A DNA stretch of 64,000 bases from an archaeon. Its GTDB lineage: Archaea > Iainarchaeota > Iainarchaeia > Iainarchaeales > Iainarchaeaceae. A program made the position numbers and the translations under genes. Below are positions 1-8,968 of the stretch, one piece after another. Every line of letters begins with the position of its first letter. Within the stretch, counting starts at the first letter, position 1. The stretch lies in the NCBI GenBank assembly GCA_038046625.1, contig JBBSVV010000003.1, positions 1 to 64,000 on the forward strand, in the 5' to 3' direction. Under the pieces are notes generated by a model. It worked only from the letters and a program-made list of their open reading frames with translations. It had not been told where the DNA came from and ran no database searches.

Positions 1-836
1 TTTTTCACTTCCGGCAACAGTTTCGGCTGTTGGGTGCGAGTACTATCTTCGCCTTTTGGGCTCGATAGTGAGTTCGGCTGTTGGGTGCGAGAACCCATAC
101 TTGTTTCACTCGTATGGCTTTGGCTCGCCCCTGTCGGGCTCGCGTCCTTCTGCCTTTCTTGGCCTGTTTCACTTGGTTTCTGTTCCTGCTGTTTTTCTGC
201 GCCCGCTTTCTGCGGCCCGGCTTTTTTAGCTTCATCTTTTGCAATCGTTTCTCCCCCGGTGCGCGCAACCGGCGGGGTTGGCTGTGCAGCTTTTTGTGGT
301 GCCTGGGCCGTGTTCCCGGTTTTCACTTGTTTCTCCTGCGCCTGCTTTTCCTGCCTCTGTTTTTTTGCCGTGTTTCTTTTCGCCATTTCTTCGTTTGATT
401 TTTCTTCCTTTAAGCGCAATTGTTCCTTGAAAACTTTTTCAACCGCCCTGGCTTTCTCCATCAAAAATTTTTCGCCCTTTCCGCTGACTTTTCTCCCGAC
501 TTTTTCCTTTTTCAAAAGGCCCTCTTTTTCGAGCATTTGGAGGCACAGCCTGATTATTTTTCCGGAGGCCTTGACCTTGTGCTCAGGCCTGACTTTCATG
601 TTTTTTCTTCCGCCGTAGTAACTGCGGAGCCCGCCTGTTCCCACGTTGCCCTGCTTGTATGTCTGGTAGAGTATGCTTGCCGCCCTCATGTAGAACCAGT
701 CTCTCCTTTGCGGAGCCCGTTCGCGGTGTGCACCGGTCTTTACGTATGCCACGAATTCGGGTTCCCTGATTTTTGTCTTGAGGTCCTTTGCGGCCTCTTC
801 AACCAGCATTCCTGCCGGCACGTCAAAAATGCCCAT
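1..836 (-). CDS. rps19e: 30S ribosomal protein S19e with long low-complexity C-terminal tail (runs off window edge)
   Basis: Manual translation from ATG at 836: MGIFDVPAGMLVEEAAKDL..VKTGAHRERAPQRRDWFYMRAASIL..LRSYYGGRK..ASGKIIRLCLQMLEKEGLL; no stop seen to position 3, which explains its absence from the ORF track. Confidence 0.92.
   Translation of the reverse strand, partial: MGIFDVPAGMLVEEAAKDLKTKIREPEFVAYVKTGAHRERAPQRRDWFYMRAASILYQTYKQGNVGTGGLRSYYGGRKNMKVRPEHKVKASGKIIRLCLQMLEKEGLLKKEKVGRKVSGKGEKFLMEKARAVEKVFKEQLRLKEEKSNEEMAKRNTAKKQRQEKQAQEKQVKTGNTAQAPQKAAQPTPPVARTGGETIAKDEAKKAGPQKAGAEKQQEQKPSETGQERQKDASPTGASQSHTSETSMGSRTQQPNSLSSPKGEDSTRTQQPKLLPEVK
15..90 (+). repeat. Dispersed hairpin repeat family A, copy inside rps19e tail
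   Basis: caacag-tttcgg-ctgttg-ggtgcga, then actatc-ttcgccttttgggctc-gatagt, then a second ttcggctgttgggtgcga. Confidence 0.85.
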
Positions 837-1070
837 TTTTCAAAACCTTCTTTTGCTCCTTTCGGAGTTCTGCCTTGCTCAAATCCCTTTTCAGGGATGA
901 GCCCTAAAAGCAGTTACACTTAATTCGAGTGTGAAACCTTTAAAAACGTTGTTTTTAGTGGTCATCCATTTATGTCTCGTTTAGTATTGCGTCTGAATGA
1001 GGCAATGGATGTGTTCGTTTCTTCCTCTCCGACATTGGTTACCCCGGCCACAGTGTTGCTCATATGCGTA

Positions 1071-2495
1071 TTATGCGCAGTCAGGTGTGGCGAACGATGC
1101 GTGCTTTTCCTGCGCGCATACTTGCCTTATTTCCGCGACGGAGAGTGCCCTGCTGTAAATGCGGATGTTGTCCATCAGCCCGTTGTACCTGTATAGAGTT
1201 GAAACTGTCGGTGGTGGACTGAGAACGTATCCGGCACCTATCAGTAAAGGCCAGGCGTTCGAAATGTTGGTCGCCTTTGTTGCGTTAACATCCCTCCATG
1301 CAACCCTCTCGGTTCCGTCAACATAAAAGTATCCCCACGGTGCCGGGCTGCGCGTAATGGTGATTGCTATGTTATGCCAAACTCCATTCCTCCATGCTTC
1401 CACATCTGCCGGATTTCCATCATCCGGTCCAGGGGATGCGACACGCAGGAAGTCTGGGGTAGCTGGGGCAACGCTGCCGTCGGCGCTTGTAAGGTAAAAC
1501 GTGCCCCTATAAAGGCCGTATCCCGGCGAACTGTTGTGGTACGCTTTTGCAATGGTTGACTGCTGCAGCGTGCTTGTTTTTACCCACATGGTTATTGTAA
1601 AGTCGCTTGTCCCGAAGTCAAGGTCCGGGCTGTCCGGGACGCTTATGTATTGGGTTCCATTCAGGCTCAAAACTTGGCCTCTTTGTGGGTCGTTTGGGAA
1701 TGTCGGGGAGCCGACAAGCGTGCCGGTGTGCCCGTTTCCAGAAGCGTCATTGGCGGTTCCGTTGAATGGCCAGTAAGCTACCAGGCCCACAGTTAGCGGG
1801 TCGGGGTTTACAGTTATTGTTCTGATGTTTGGCGAGCACGTGGCGTTTTGCGTTCCATTTGTGAACGGCGGCAGTGTCGCTGTGTAAGTTCCCGCTGCCG
1901 TGTAAGTGCATGTCCCCATGCATGTCGTCGCGTTGCACGAAACGCCGGTAGCCGTTGTTGCTGGCGTAGTTCCGCAGTTGATTGTCGGCGGGTTAGGATT
2001 CGGCGAAAAGTTTTGGTGCGTTATGGTTAGTGTGGAGGTTGCCGAGCCGCCGGATATTGTTATCGGGCTTGTTGCCGAGCTGAATGAACATGAAGCCGTT
2101 GGCTGTGGTGCTCCGCAATCTGCCGGGCACGTTGCCTGGGTTTCAGTGCCGTTGCATATTCCGTCGCCGCATGTTGGAGGCGCAGGCGCTCCACCGCCCG
2201 TGTATCCACAGTCTGGTATTGTTCCTTGGCATGTGTATGTGGTGCCGCTTATTGTGACTTGGATTGGCGGGCTTCCTGCCGGTGTCGGGCTGGCGCAGTT
2301 TCCTGATATTCCCGCGAGTCTTGCTTGCTGCCCTTTTTGTTTGCAGAACGCGGCTACCGCGCTGTTGCTTGTTTGTTGGTTTCCGCTCTGCCCAATTCCG
2401 AGTATAAGTGTTATTACTATTACCGCTACCAGCACCGCGCCGCCTATGAGCAGTAAGTATTCGAGCGAACCCTGCGCTTTTTTATTTTGCATCAT
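1071..2495 (-). CDS. Class III signal peptide (pilin) protein with Cys-rich motif and C-terminal LamG-like jellyroll domain
   Basis: KKAQ-GSLEYLLLIGG signal; CGDGICNGTETQATCPADC; GLVAYWPFNGTANDASGNGH..DFTITMWVK..WHNIAIT..YVDG..GLMDNIRIYSRALS. Confidence 0.88.
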   Translation of the reverse strand: MMQNKKAQGSLEYLLLIGGAVLVAVIVITLILGIGQSGNQQTSNSAVAAFCKQKGQQARLAGISGNCASPTPAGSPPIQVTISGTTYTCQGTIPDCGYTGGGAPAPPTCGDGICNGTETQATCPADCGAPQPTASCSFSSATSPITISGGSATSTLTITHQNFSPNPNPPTINCGTTPATTATGVSCNATTCMGTCTYTAAGTYTATLPPFTNGTQNATCSPNIRTITVNPDPLTVGLVAYWPFNGTANDASGNGHTGTLVGSPTFPNDPQRGQVLSLNGTQYISVPDSPDLDFGTSDFTITMWVKTSTLQQSTIAKAYHNSSPGYGLYRGTFYLTSADGSVAPATPDFLRVASPGPDDGNPADVEAWRNGVWHNIAITITRSPAPWGYFYVDGTERVAWRDVNATKATNISNAWPLLIGAGYVLSPPPTVSTLYRYNGLMDNIRIYSRALSVAEIRQVCAQEKHASFATPDCA

Positions 2496-2518
2496 AAATT
2501 AGATTGTTTTTCGCATAT

Positions 2519-2821
2519 TTATTGCTTGGGTTTGTCGCCTGTTTTGCGCTCGAAGCCGCATTCAATGCATTTCACAATTGTGAGTGTTCCGATTGTTTTT
2601 GTTTCCGAGTTTGTTCCTTTTTTTAGGTATGCGCCGCATTTTTTGCAGAATTTTTTCTTCATTTCCCTGCCCATGCGCACGCGGTGTTTTTTAGCTAGTT
2701 CACGGGCGATGTGCACATATCTTTTGCTGCGCTCCGGATTTTTTTCCAGTTCCTGCTCCGCGAGTTCGAAGAGCCTGTGGATCCTTTCTTCCGCGATCTG
2801 GGTTGCTTTGGTGTGCTTCAT
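2519..2821 (-). CDS. rnp4: Ribonuclease P protein component 4 (Rpp21)
   Basis: IAEERIHRLF..RYVHIAREL..FCKKC..CIECG; second Met chosen as start. Confidence 0.92.
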   Translation of the reverse strand: MKHTKATQIAEERIHRLFELAEQELEKNPERSKRYVHIARELAKKHRVRMGREMKKKFCKKCGAYLKKGTNSETKTIGTLTIVKCIECGFERKTGDKPKQ

Positions 2822-2848
2822 GCAAGTAGTTTTGCCGTGCAACTTTAT

Positions 2849-3571
2849 TTAATGGTATTTTGGTTTGTTCGCTGTTTTTTCGCGGCTCCCGCCTTTTGCC
2901 GCATTTATTATTTCCTTGAGAACCGTGTATGTCCGTTCCGCGTCCTTCTCGTCAACCAGAAAGTGAAGGTCCGGAGGAGTGGTGACTATTTCTATGCTGA
3001 TTCCTTTTTTCGCGATTATTTGCGATAGTTCCGCAATGACTCCGTATGCGGCGTAAGACTCAAGGGGCATCCTGAATGTTATGAGTGCGCGGTCTGTCAG
3101 CGCCAAAAGCTTTTCGTCCTCGAGTTCATCCAAAAGTTTTTGCACGCGGTTTTTCTTTGCTATCAGCATCACCTGCTCCGCGCCCTGTATGGCGATTCTC
3201 ATTTCTCCTATTCTCCAGTCGCTTTCCCTAAGAAGTTCCTCGATTTTTGAGGCCACTTTCGGGGTTTTTCTGAAATGCACGTAAGCCATGTTGTCCTGCA
3301 GTGTCAGTTCCGAATTTGCGAAGGAATCAAGGTATGTTGCGTTAATTTCCGAGGTGTCGAGTTCATCCGCGTAGCGCTTGATTGAAACGATTACCGATTC
3401 CTCGTTTAGCTTTTTGCCAAGCTTGGTGCCAAGAGTTGGAATGAGTTTTCTCGCGAGTGCCGAGTAGTTGATTATGCCGTCCCCTAATGAGGTTTTGACG
3501 TGCGGCATTGCGTTTATTTCCTGCCTCACTATTTCCGCCAAAGAGCTTGTTGATTCCTTATCTCTGCCCAT
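2849..3571 (-). CDS. Conserved archaeal protein, N-terminal HTH-like region and ACT-like C-terminus
   Basis: GIINYSALARKL..VSIKRY; YGVIAELSQIIAKKGISIEIV. Confidence 0.7.
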   Translation of the reverse strand: MGRDKESTSSLAEIVRQEINAMPHVKTSLGDGIINYSALARKLIPTLGTKLGKKLNEESVIVSIKRYADELDTSEINATYLDSFANSELTLQDNMAYVHFRKTPKVASKIEELLRESDWRIGEMRIAIQGAEQVMLIAKKNRVQKLLDELEDEKLLALTDRALITFRMPLESYAAYGVIAELSQIIAKKGISIEIVTTPPDLHFLVDEKDAERTYTVLKEIINAAKGGSREKTANKPKYH

Positions 3572-4110
3572 ATAACTAATTTTTTAACATAAAATATTAA
3601 AATATATCATTTTGTGTTAATTTTGCCTAAAATTTAACAGTTCAGCACCTATTTTGAAATAATTCGGCTTTTTGCCGTATTTTTAGGCTTTTAATTTTTG
3701 CTGGTTTCGCTTTTCCCGTTTAAACGCTTAGATTGTTAGAAAAGCCCTGTTTTGCCGGTTTTCTGGTCGCCAGCCTTTTTAATTTCCGGGGCGAAGTTGC
3801 TTGTAGTGGTTTGTTTATGAAAGCAAAACGATTCCCAAGGGGAATTCGGCCGAAGGGGTTTGCCCCCGGCGAGATTGTAATTAACGTAGGCGGTACGCCT
3901 TATAGGGTTGATCCTCGGCAACTGAGAAGGAGGTGAATTTGCGTGGATGGCAGCGAGCAGGTCAATGTAGTGGTTGACGGCGCCATGGCAACGATGCTGG
4001 GGTGATTTTTTCCATTGCCGGGGCTCTCGAACCTTTGGTTGAAATCAGCCCGCCTCTTGAAATTTGCGGGGGATGCAACCGCGAATGGTTATTCTGCGAA
4101 CCAAGCAGAA

Positions 4111-4183
4111 TGCAGCTGCCGGGATTCGAACCCGGGCCAACAGCTTGGAAGGCTGTGATGCAAAACCGCTACACTACAGCTGC
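4111..4183 (-). tRNA. tRNA-Gly(TCC)
   Basis: GCAGCTG/CAGCTGC acceptor, ACAGC-CTTCCAA-GCTGT anticodon arm, CCGGG-TTCGAAT-CCCGG T arm. Confidence 0.93.
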
Positions 4184-5065
4184 TTTAAGGAAATCAGCAT
4201 GGGTCGGAACTATTCCCGTTTCCTTAAAAATCCTGTATTTTATTGAATGCTTAATATTGCTGGGTTTAATTAGTTTAAAAAAAGTATCCACGTGAGCCTG
4301 ATCGTAGATATAAACGCTTTTTCCGGATAAGCTTGCCTTAAATCCCAGTGAAACCAATGCGCACTTTACCTCATAGAGGAAATTTGGCGAACAGCTGATA
4401 AATTCGACTACCGCACTATTTTTTCTTCTTCTATGAAAACTTCCGTCAGTGTCGAATAAGCCCCTCAAATATGCTGCAAGAAGATTTCTGTCGTTGAGGA
4501 TTTTCCTTTGGATAAACATCCTGTTTTTTCTGTTTCCTTTCGGAAACCCAAACTCTTCAGAAAGATATGAAACAAGCCGCTTTGAATAAACCTGGCAGCG
4601 TATTGCCCCGTTTTTAACGATAAAAGTCGGCTCCAGTCCGAATAGTTTTTCAAACTTTTTTCCAATGCTGTTTTTCACATACGCATTATCTACAATTGCT
4701 CCGCATGTAATTGATACCCTGTAATTTTTTTCGTAAATATTTCCGTCGCCTGACATGGCGCCAAGGAATTCCGCAAGCTCTTTGCCTAGTTTCGGTTTTC
4801 GGATTTCTTTTTCCCCAAACTGGTCAAGTTCTATTAATTGCAATTTTTCAATTTCTTTTAAATCGAATCCTGTTTCTTTGCAGAGTGTTTTCAAATTGCT
4901 TAAAGATATCCTGCAATTTTCTTTTAAGTAGTGGAAAATCATTCTTTTTGTAACGCCGATTATATCTGCAATTTTTTGCCAGCCAAGCCCGGAGTGCTCT
5001 TTTATCTTTCTGAGAACTGCCGCCTGATGCCAAAGGCCAGTCTGCACAAATAGTTCTTTTGCCAT
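4169..5065 (-). CDS. Free-standing double-motif LAGLIDADG endonuclease with N-terminal HTH; stop codon inside tRNA-Gly
   Basis: LAEFLGAMSGDGNI and YLRGLFDTDGSF; HTH-like GWQKIADIIGVTKRMIFHY; visibly AT-richer than flanks. Confidence 0.88.
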   Translation of the reverse strand: MAKELFVQTGLWHQAAVLRKIKEHSGLGWQKIADIIGVTKRMIFHYLKENCRISLSNLKTLCKETGFDLKEIEKLQLIELDQFGEKEIRKPKLGKELAEFLGAMSGDGNIYEKNYRVSITCGAIVDNAYVKNSIGKKFEKLFGLEPTFIVKNGAIRCQVYSKRLVSYLSEEFGFPKGNRKNRMFIQRKILNDRNLLAAYLRGLFDTDGSFHRRRKNSAVVEFISCSPNFLYEVKCALVSLGFKASLSGKSVYIYDQAHVDTFFKLIKPSNIKHSIKYRIFKETGIVPTHADFLKAAVV

Positions 5066-5162
5066 TAAAATTTTGCGATTTTTGAATTTTTAAAGCATTC
5101 GGGGCCTTAGTGCCGGTGCCAAACAGTTATCGATTAAAACGAACACCATACTTTATTTATTC

Positions 5163-5813
5163 ATGGGGAAAGGCATGTTCGTTGTTTTTGACGGCGTTGA
5201 CGGCGCGGGAAAGGGAACCGCAGTGAAAGGCGCTAAGAAGTTCCTTCTCTCTAAGGGGATTCCTGAATCTTGGATCGTCCATACTGCGGAGCCCACGAAC
5301 GGATTTTACGGGAAAAAGGTTCGCGAGTTGCTTGTTTCTTCCCCGAAGCCTGAATTGAATGCGAAGCAGTTCCTGGATTTGTACGTTGCGGACAGGAAGG
5401 AGCATCTTGAAAAAATTATTGAGCCGGCTTTGCGTGAGGGAAAAATCGTTTTGTGCGACCGCTTCAAGCACAGCACTTTCGTTTACCAGCATTTGCAGGG
5501 GATTCCGCTTGAAAAAATCCGCGAACTGCATGAGGGAATGGCCACTCCTGATCTGGTTTTCATTCTGGACCTTCCGGTTGAGGTTGCGATGAAGAGGATA
5601 CTGCGCAGAAAAAAGCTGGACACTTTCGAGCGGGCTGCTTTCATGGAAAAAGTGCGTGCAGGCTTCCTCAAGATGAAAGAAATTTTTCCGCGTGAGGACA
5701 TAGTGTTCATTGACGCGTCGAAAAGCATTGGTGAAGTGAGGGCAAAAATAGGTTCGGTTCTTTGGAATAAAGTCAGGGAAAATGCGACCACCGGGAATCG
5801 AACCCGGCCCTGA
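5163..5813 (+). CDS. tmk: Thymidylate kinase
   Basis: FDGVDGAGKGT P-loop, ADR..H, VLCDRF, PDLVFILD. Confidence 0.95.
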   Translation: MGKGMFVVFDGVDGAGKGTAVKGAKKFLLSKGIPESWIVHTAEPTNGFYGKKVRELLVSSPKPELNAKQFLDLYVADRKEHLEKIIEPALREGKIVLCDRFKHSTFVYQHLQGIPLEKIRELHEGMATPDLVFILDLPVEVAMKRILRRKKLDTFERAAFMEKVRAGFLKMKEIFPREDIVFIDASKSIGEVRAKIGSVLWNKVRENATTGNRTRP

Positions 5814-5853
5814 GCCTTGGCAAGGCCCAATCATACCAATAGACTATGGTCGC
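5783..5853 (-). tRNA. tRNA-Gly(GCC)
   Basis: GCGACCA/TGGTCGC acceptor, GGGCC-TTGCCAA-GGCTC, CCGGG-TTCGATT-CCCGG. Confidence 0.93.
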
Positions 5854-5857
5854 ACAA

Positions 5858-5908
5858 CCTTTTTTCTTTTCCCGGAGAAAAGAAAAAAGCTTGGCCAAAA
5901 AAGAAAAG
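5858..5908 (+). repeat. Dispersed T-tract/A-tract repeat family B
   Basis: cc + T-rich tract, gaaaagaaaaaa, ttggcc, aaaaaagaaaag; same layout at 7743, 7975, 27011, 36553. Confidence 0.75.
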
Positions 5909-5977
5909 CCATTCTTTGCCAAAAGAAAAGAACCCTAAGCCTAACAGATTTTTCCGTGGCGAAATCTTTTAAATTGC

Positions 5978-7699
5978 TCATTTCAACTGGCTAAGTATAA
6001 CTGCTATTAAAGCCCCAAAAACCAGTATTCCAAGGCCTAAAACCCCTAGCAGGATATTTTGGCCGGTGAAAAGCTCCTGGATTTGCCCCTGCAAAGCCGG
6101 CTGTTGCGATTCGGGCTGCACCTCTTTTGCCTCGAGGGGCTGTTCCTGCACGGGCTTTTCCGGCACGATTATTTCGAATTCCCTTTCGACGCCGGCATTC
6201 ACATTTACAGTCACTTTTCCGGGCTGAATGTTCTCTATTTTTTGCGTGAAGAGCTTTTGTGCTGATGCCTCAATGTTCACATTGCTCTTTGTTTCCTTTC
6301 CCAAGTAAATTACAGTTATTGTGGCTTCCCCTTCTGCATTGCCGTTGTTTTTAAGCAGAACCCTGAGTTCCAAATTGCTTCCATCAATGAACGGGCTCAC
6401 GTCCTTGACGCTTATGTCGGCCGCTTTCTGTTCCGCGCCTTTCTTCTTCACGAGCTTTATTGTGCCGCTCATGTTTCCGTCCGGAAGAAGCAGGTACATT
6501 CCGTATGTGTAGTAGCCGTTCTTTGCCTCCTTGTCAGGCGCCTTCACTTTCCACGAAACCTCCTTTGTTTCCCGTGCTTTGAGGAAAATTATTTTGTTTT
6601 TTTGGTCCGCGCGGAAATCCTCGTGCAGCGCAAGCTCCACCGGAAGTATCGCGTCCTCTCCCGAAACATTGGTTAATTGTGCCTTGATTTCAAAGCTTTC
6701 AAGCGGTTCAACTTCGGAGGGCTTTTCGAGCTTCGCGTCAAGCAGGCGCGTGAAGAACTCAACCGAATTTATTTTTATTTTCGGCTCCCCGAGCTGTGTC
6801 TGCACCTGAATCGCTTTCGCGCTTTTCGTGCTCAGGATTAAGTCCGCGGCTTTGTTCGCGTCGATTGTTTTTGCTATGGTGAAGTGCGCCGCGTCAAGGT
6901 ATCCGGCCTCGCCATAAGTGCTGTCAACCCCTATCCAGCCGGTTCCCGGCAAATACGCCTCGAGCCAGCCATGAAGCCCAAAGCGCGTGCCGTCAAAGCT
7001 TATCCCCTTCACGTATCTTGCGGGAATTCCTTTTGCGCGCAAAAATGCGGCGGTAAGGTTCGCGAACTCATCGCAGACGCCCGCGCGCGAATTGTATGTT
7101 TGTTTCGCGCTGTATGTGGCGCTGTAGTAGTTCTCGAAATCGTACGCAATGTTCTGGTTCACCCACTCGGTTATTCCGCGTATGGTTTCTATTTCAGAGT
7201 CGCTCGTGAATTCGAGCCGCGCCTTGCTCATTATTTCAGGGTCGCTTGATTCAATGTAATCGCTCGGCTTCTTATACTCCGGGAATTCCTTTATCGGGTT
7301 GGTTAGGTTGTAGTCTTCCCCAAGGCCGATTGCAGCGCTCCTCCTGACCCGCGCCTCCCTAATGATTTTGAATTGAGGTGCTTCCGCATACTCATGCAAA
7401 TCATTTATTTTGTACACCGCGTACTGCACCCCGTTTTTTTCTCCCCGTATCGGGAGAATTTTGTTCCCGCCTATTTCCATGTGCTCGTTCAGTTCAAGGA
7501 GCTCCTGGCCCTGTTCCTGCTGCATTGTGATGAACATTATTTCCATTTCGTCGCCTCTCGTTATTGTTCCGGAAAACGAGCCAGTTGCCTCTGAGGTTAT
7601 GGTTACGTCCATGCTTTTCACGGTCGAGGGCCTGAATTCCTGCGCCGAAGCTGTTGAAAGCGCAAGAATAAACAGCAGCGCAAAAGCAATTTTTTTCAT
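5978..7699 (-). CDS. Secreted, C-terminally anchored transglutaminase-like protein
   Basis: Signal peptide; GVCDEFA..GIPARYVKG..HGWLEAY..WIGVDST triad; C-terminal TM helix. Confidence 0.9.
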   Translation of the reverse strand: MKKIAFALLFILALSTASAQEFRPSTVKSMDVTITSEATGSFSGTITRGDEMEIMFITMQQEQGQELLELNEHMEIGGNKILPIRGEKNGVQYAVYKINDLHEYAEAPQFKIIREARVRRSAAIGLGEDYNLTNPIKEFPEYKKPSDYIESSDPEIMSKARLEFTSDSEIETIRGITEWVNQNIAYDFENYYSATYSAKQTYNSRAGVCDEFANLTAAFLRAKGIPARYVKGISFDGTRFGLHGWLEAYLPGTGWIGVDSTYGEAGYLDAAHFTIAKTIDANKAADLILSTKSAKAIQVQTQLGEPKIKINSVEFFTRLLDAKLEKPSEVEPLESFEIKAQLTNVSGEDAILPVELALHEDFRADQKNKIIFLKARETKEVSWKVKAPDKEAKNGYYTYGMYLLLPDGNMSGTIKLVKKKGAEQKAADISVKDVSPFIDGSNLELRVLLKNNGNAEGEATITVIYLGKETKSNVNIEASAQKLFTQKIENIQPGKVTVNVNAGVEREFEIIVPEKPVQEQPLEAKEVQPESQQPALQGQIQELFTGQNILLGVLGLGILVFGALIAVILSQLK

Positions 7700-7742
7700 G
7701 CACAGAAATAGTGTTTCTTTATTTTAATTGCTTGTGCTGCAG

Positions 7743-7796
7743 CCTTTTTTTTCTCTTTGGAAGAGAAAAGAAAACTTTGGCGAAAGAAAAGAGAAA
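7743..7796 (+). repeat. Repeat family B copy
   Basis: cc + T-rich tract, gagaaaagaaaa, ttggcg, aaagaaaagag. Confidence 0.7.
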
Positions 7797-7899
7797 CCGG
7801 TTTTGACACTTTTCTTTGGTACAGCTTTTCAATGGCCTTTTCCTGCACTTTTCTTTTTAGCACGGATTTTTCTTTTCGTGCAACGAAAAGAAAAAAGTG

Positions 7900-7972
7900 T
7901 GGGCCCGGCAGGAATCGAACCTGCGATTTCTTCGATGTAAACGAAGCGTCCTAACCGCTAGACCACGAGCCC
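7900..7972 (-). tRNA. tRNA-Val(TAC)
   Basis: GGGCTCG/CGGGCCC acceptor, CTTCG-TTTACAT-CGAAG, GCAGG-TTCGATT-CCTGC. Confidence 0.93.
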
Positions 7973-7974
7973 AA

Positions 7975-8025
7975 CCTTTTTTCTTTTCTTGCGAAAAGAA
8001 AAAACGTTGACGAAAAAAGAAAAGG
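7975..8025 (+). repeat. Repeat family B copy, directly upstream of tRNA-Val
   Basis: cc + T-rich tract-ttgc-gaaaagaaaaaa-cgttgacg-aaaaaagaaaagg. Confidence 0.75.
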
Positions 8026-8121
8026 CAAGTCCTGTTGCTGGAACAGCGTAGAATGAAGTGCCCTGATAGGGTTAAAAAAGTTGGCTAAAAAGGGAAAAAA
8101 GGCTTCTGAAGCAGAAGCCGT

Positions 8122-8412
8122 TTACTTTGTTTCTATTATTATTCCGCCGACCATTCCCGCGAATACATTGTACAGGAATGCGCTTAGTGCGCCGCCTATG
8201 AATCCTAATACTCCGTAAATTATCGGAAGTATTATTATTGACAGTACTCCGCCAAAGAGGCCTCCCGTAATTCCTGCCCCGTTTCCGCCTGCTATTGCCC
8301 CGAGCACAAGCGATAATACCGTTAAGAGTGCCCCGAATATCAGGCCGATTACTGCGTATGTCACTCCCATGATTTTTGCCATGGACATGACGCCTATTTT
8401 CCTGATTTCCAA
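8122..8412 (-). CDS. Small membrane protein (DUF3566-like)
   Basis: IRKIGVMSMAKI..two TM segments..AFLYNVFAGMVGGIII; TTG start after gaggtgat. Confidence 0.75.
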   Translation of the reverse strand: MEIRKIGVMSMAKIMGVTYAVIGLIFGALLTVLSLVLGAIAGGNGAGITGGLFGGVLSIIILPIIYGVLGFIGGALSAFLYNVFAGMVGGIIIETK

Positions 8413-8521
8413 AAGAAATCACCTCGCACACACATTGCGTTGCTCCGTATAAATTACTTTCATTTTTTGGCGCTTTACGGAAGCCTTATATATGATTTAA
8501 TTGTATTAATTGTTGATTTCC

Positions 8522-8962
8522 ATGCGCAAAATAATGTATTTCAGGGTTGCTGGGCGCGACGTGCACCTGCCAAAGCTCATAGGCGCATTCATTCTTTTTG
8601 CTTCATTGCTCATGTTTGTGCAGTCTTCCGCGCAAATGTTTGATTCCTGGGACAACCTCAAGCATTATGATTCATGCATACTGAAAATCAATTCGAACGC
8701 TTCGCTTGATGGCCAGCGCGCCGAATTCAATTCGTGCTCCGACACGCTTTACAGGGCAACCGGCATTGTTGTGCGTGAGGATGTGCCAAAGCTTACTGCG
8801 CGCCAGTTCTGGAGCGGCTTATTGGGTTCCATAGCTAGCCTCTTGTTCTGGCTTGCGATACTGTTTGTGGGCTACGTGCTTTACAGGAGCGGCGACCTCG
8901 TCATTCCGATTGAGGAAAGAATAGTCACCGAACCTGAGCACCAAAGAAAAAGAAGGAAATAA
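8522..8962 (+). CDS. Hypothetical membrane protein
   Basis: ORF with two hydrophobic helices filling the gap. Confidence 0.7.
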   Translation: MRKIMYFRVAGRDVHLPKLIGAFILFASLLMFVQSSAQMFDSWDNLKHYDSCILKINSNASLDGQRAEFNSCSDTLYRATGIVVREDVPKLTARQFWSGLLGSIASLLFWLAILFVGYVLYRSGDLVIPIEERIVTEPEHQRKRRK

Positions 8963-8968
8963 GGACAG

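Noticed and set aside
15..90. CRISPR array from the tandem ttcggctgttgggtgcga repeats
   Set aside because: Only two units, the intervening sequence is itself a recurring repeat module, it lies inside a CDS, and no cas genes are present.
3818..4005. Two tiny + strand ORFs, the second with an SD-like ggaggtga
   Set aside because: Too short and no recognisable motif; not called as features.
4015..4090. Possible decayed tRNA downstream of tRNA-Gly(TCC) on the minus strand (gcggttgcatc..ggttcga)
   Set aside because: No consistent acceptor or T stem can be drawn.
4169..5065. Free endonucleases as intein remnants or group I intron ORFs
   Set aside because: No splice-junction residues, no interrupted host gene and no recognisable intron core.
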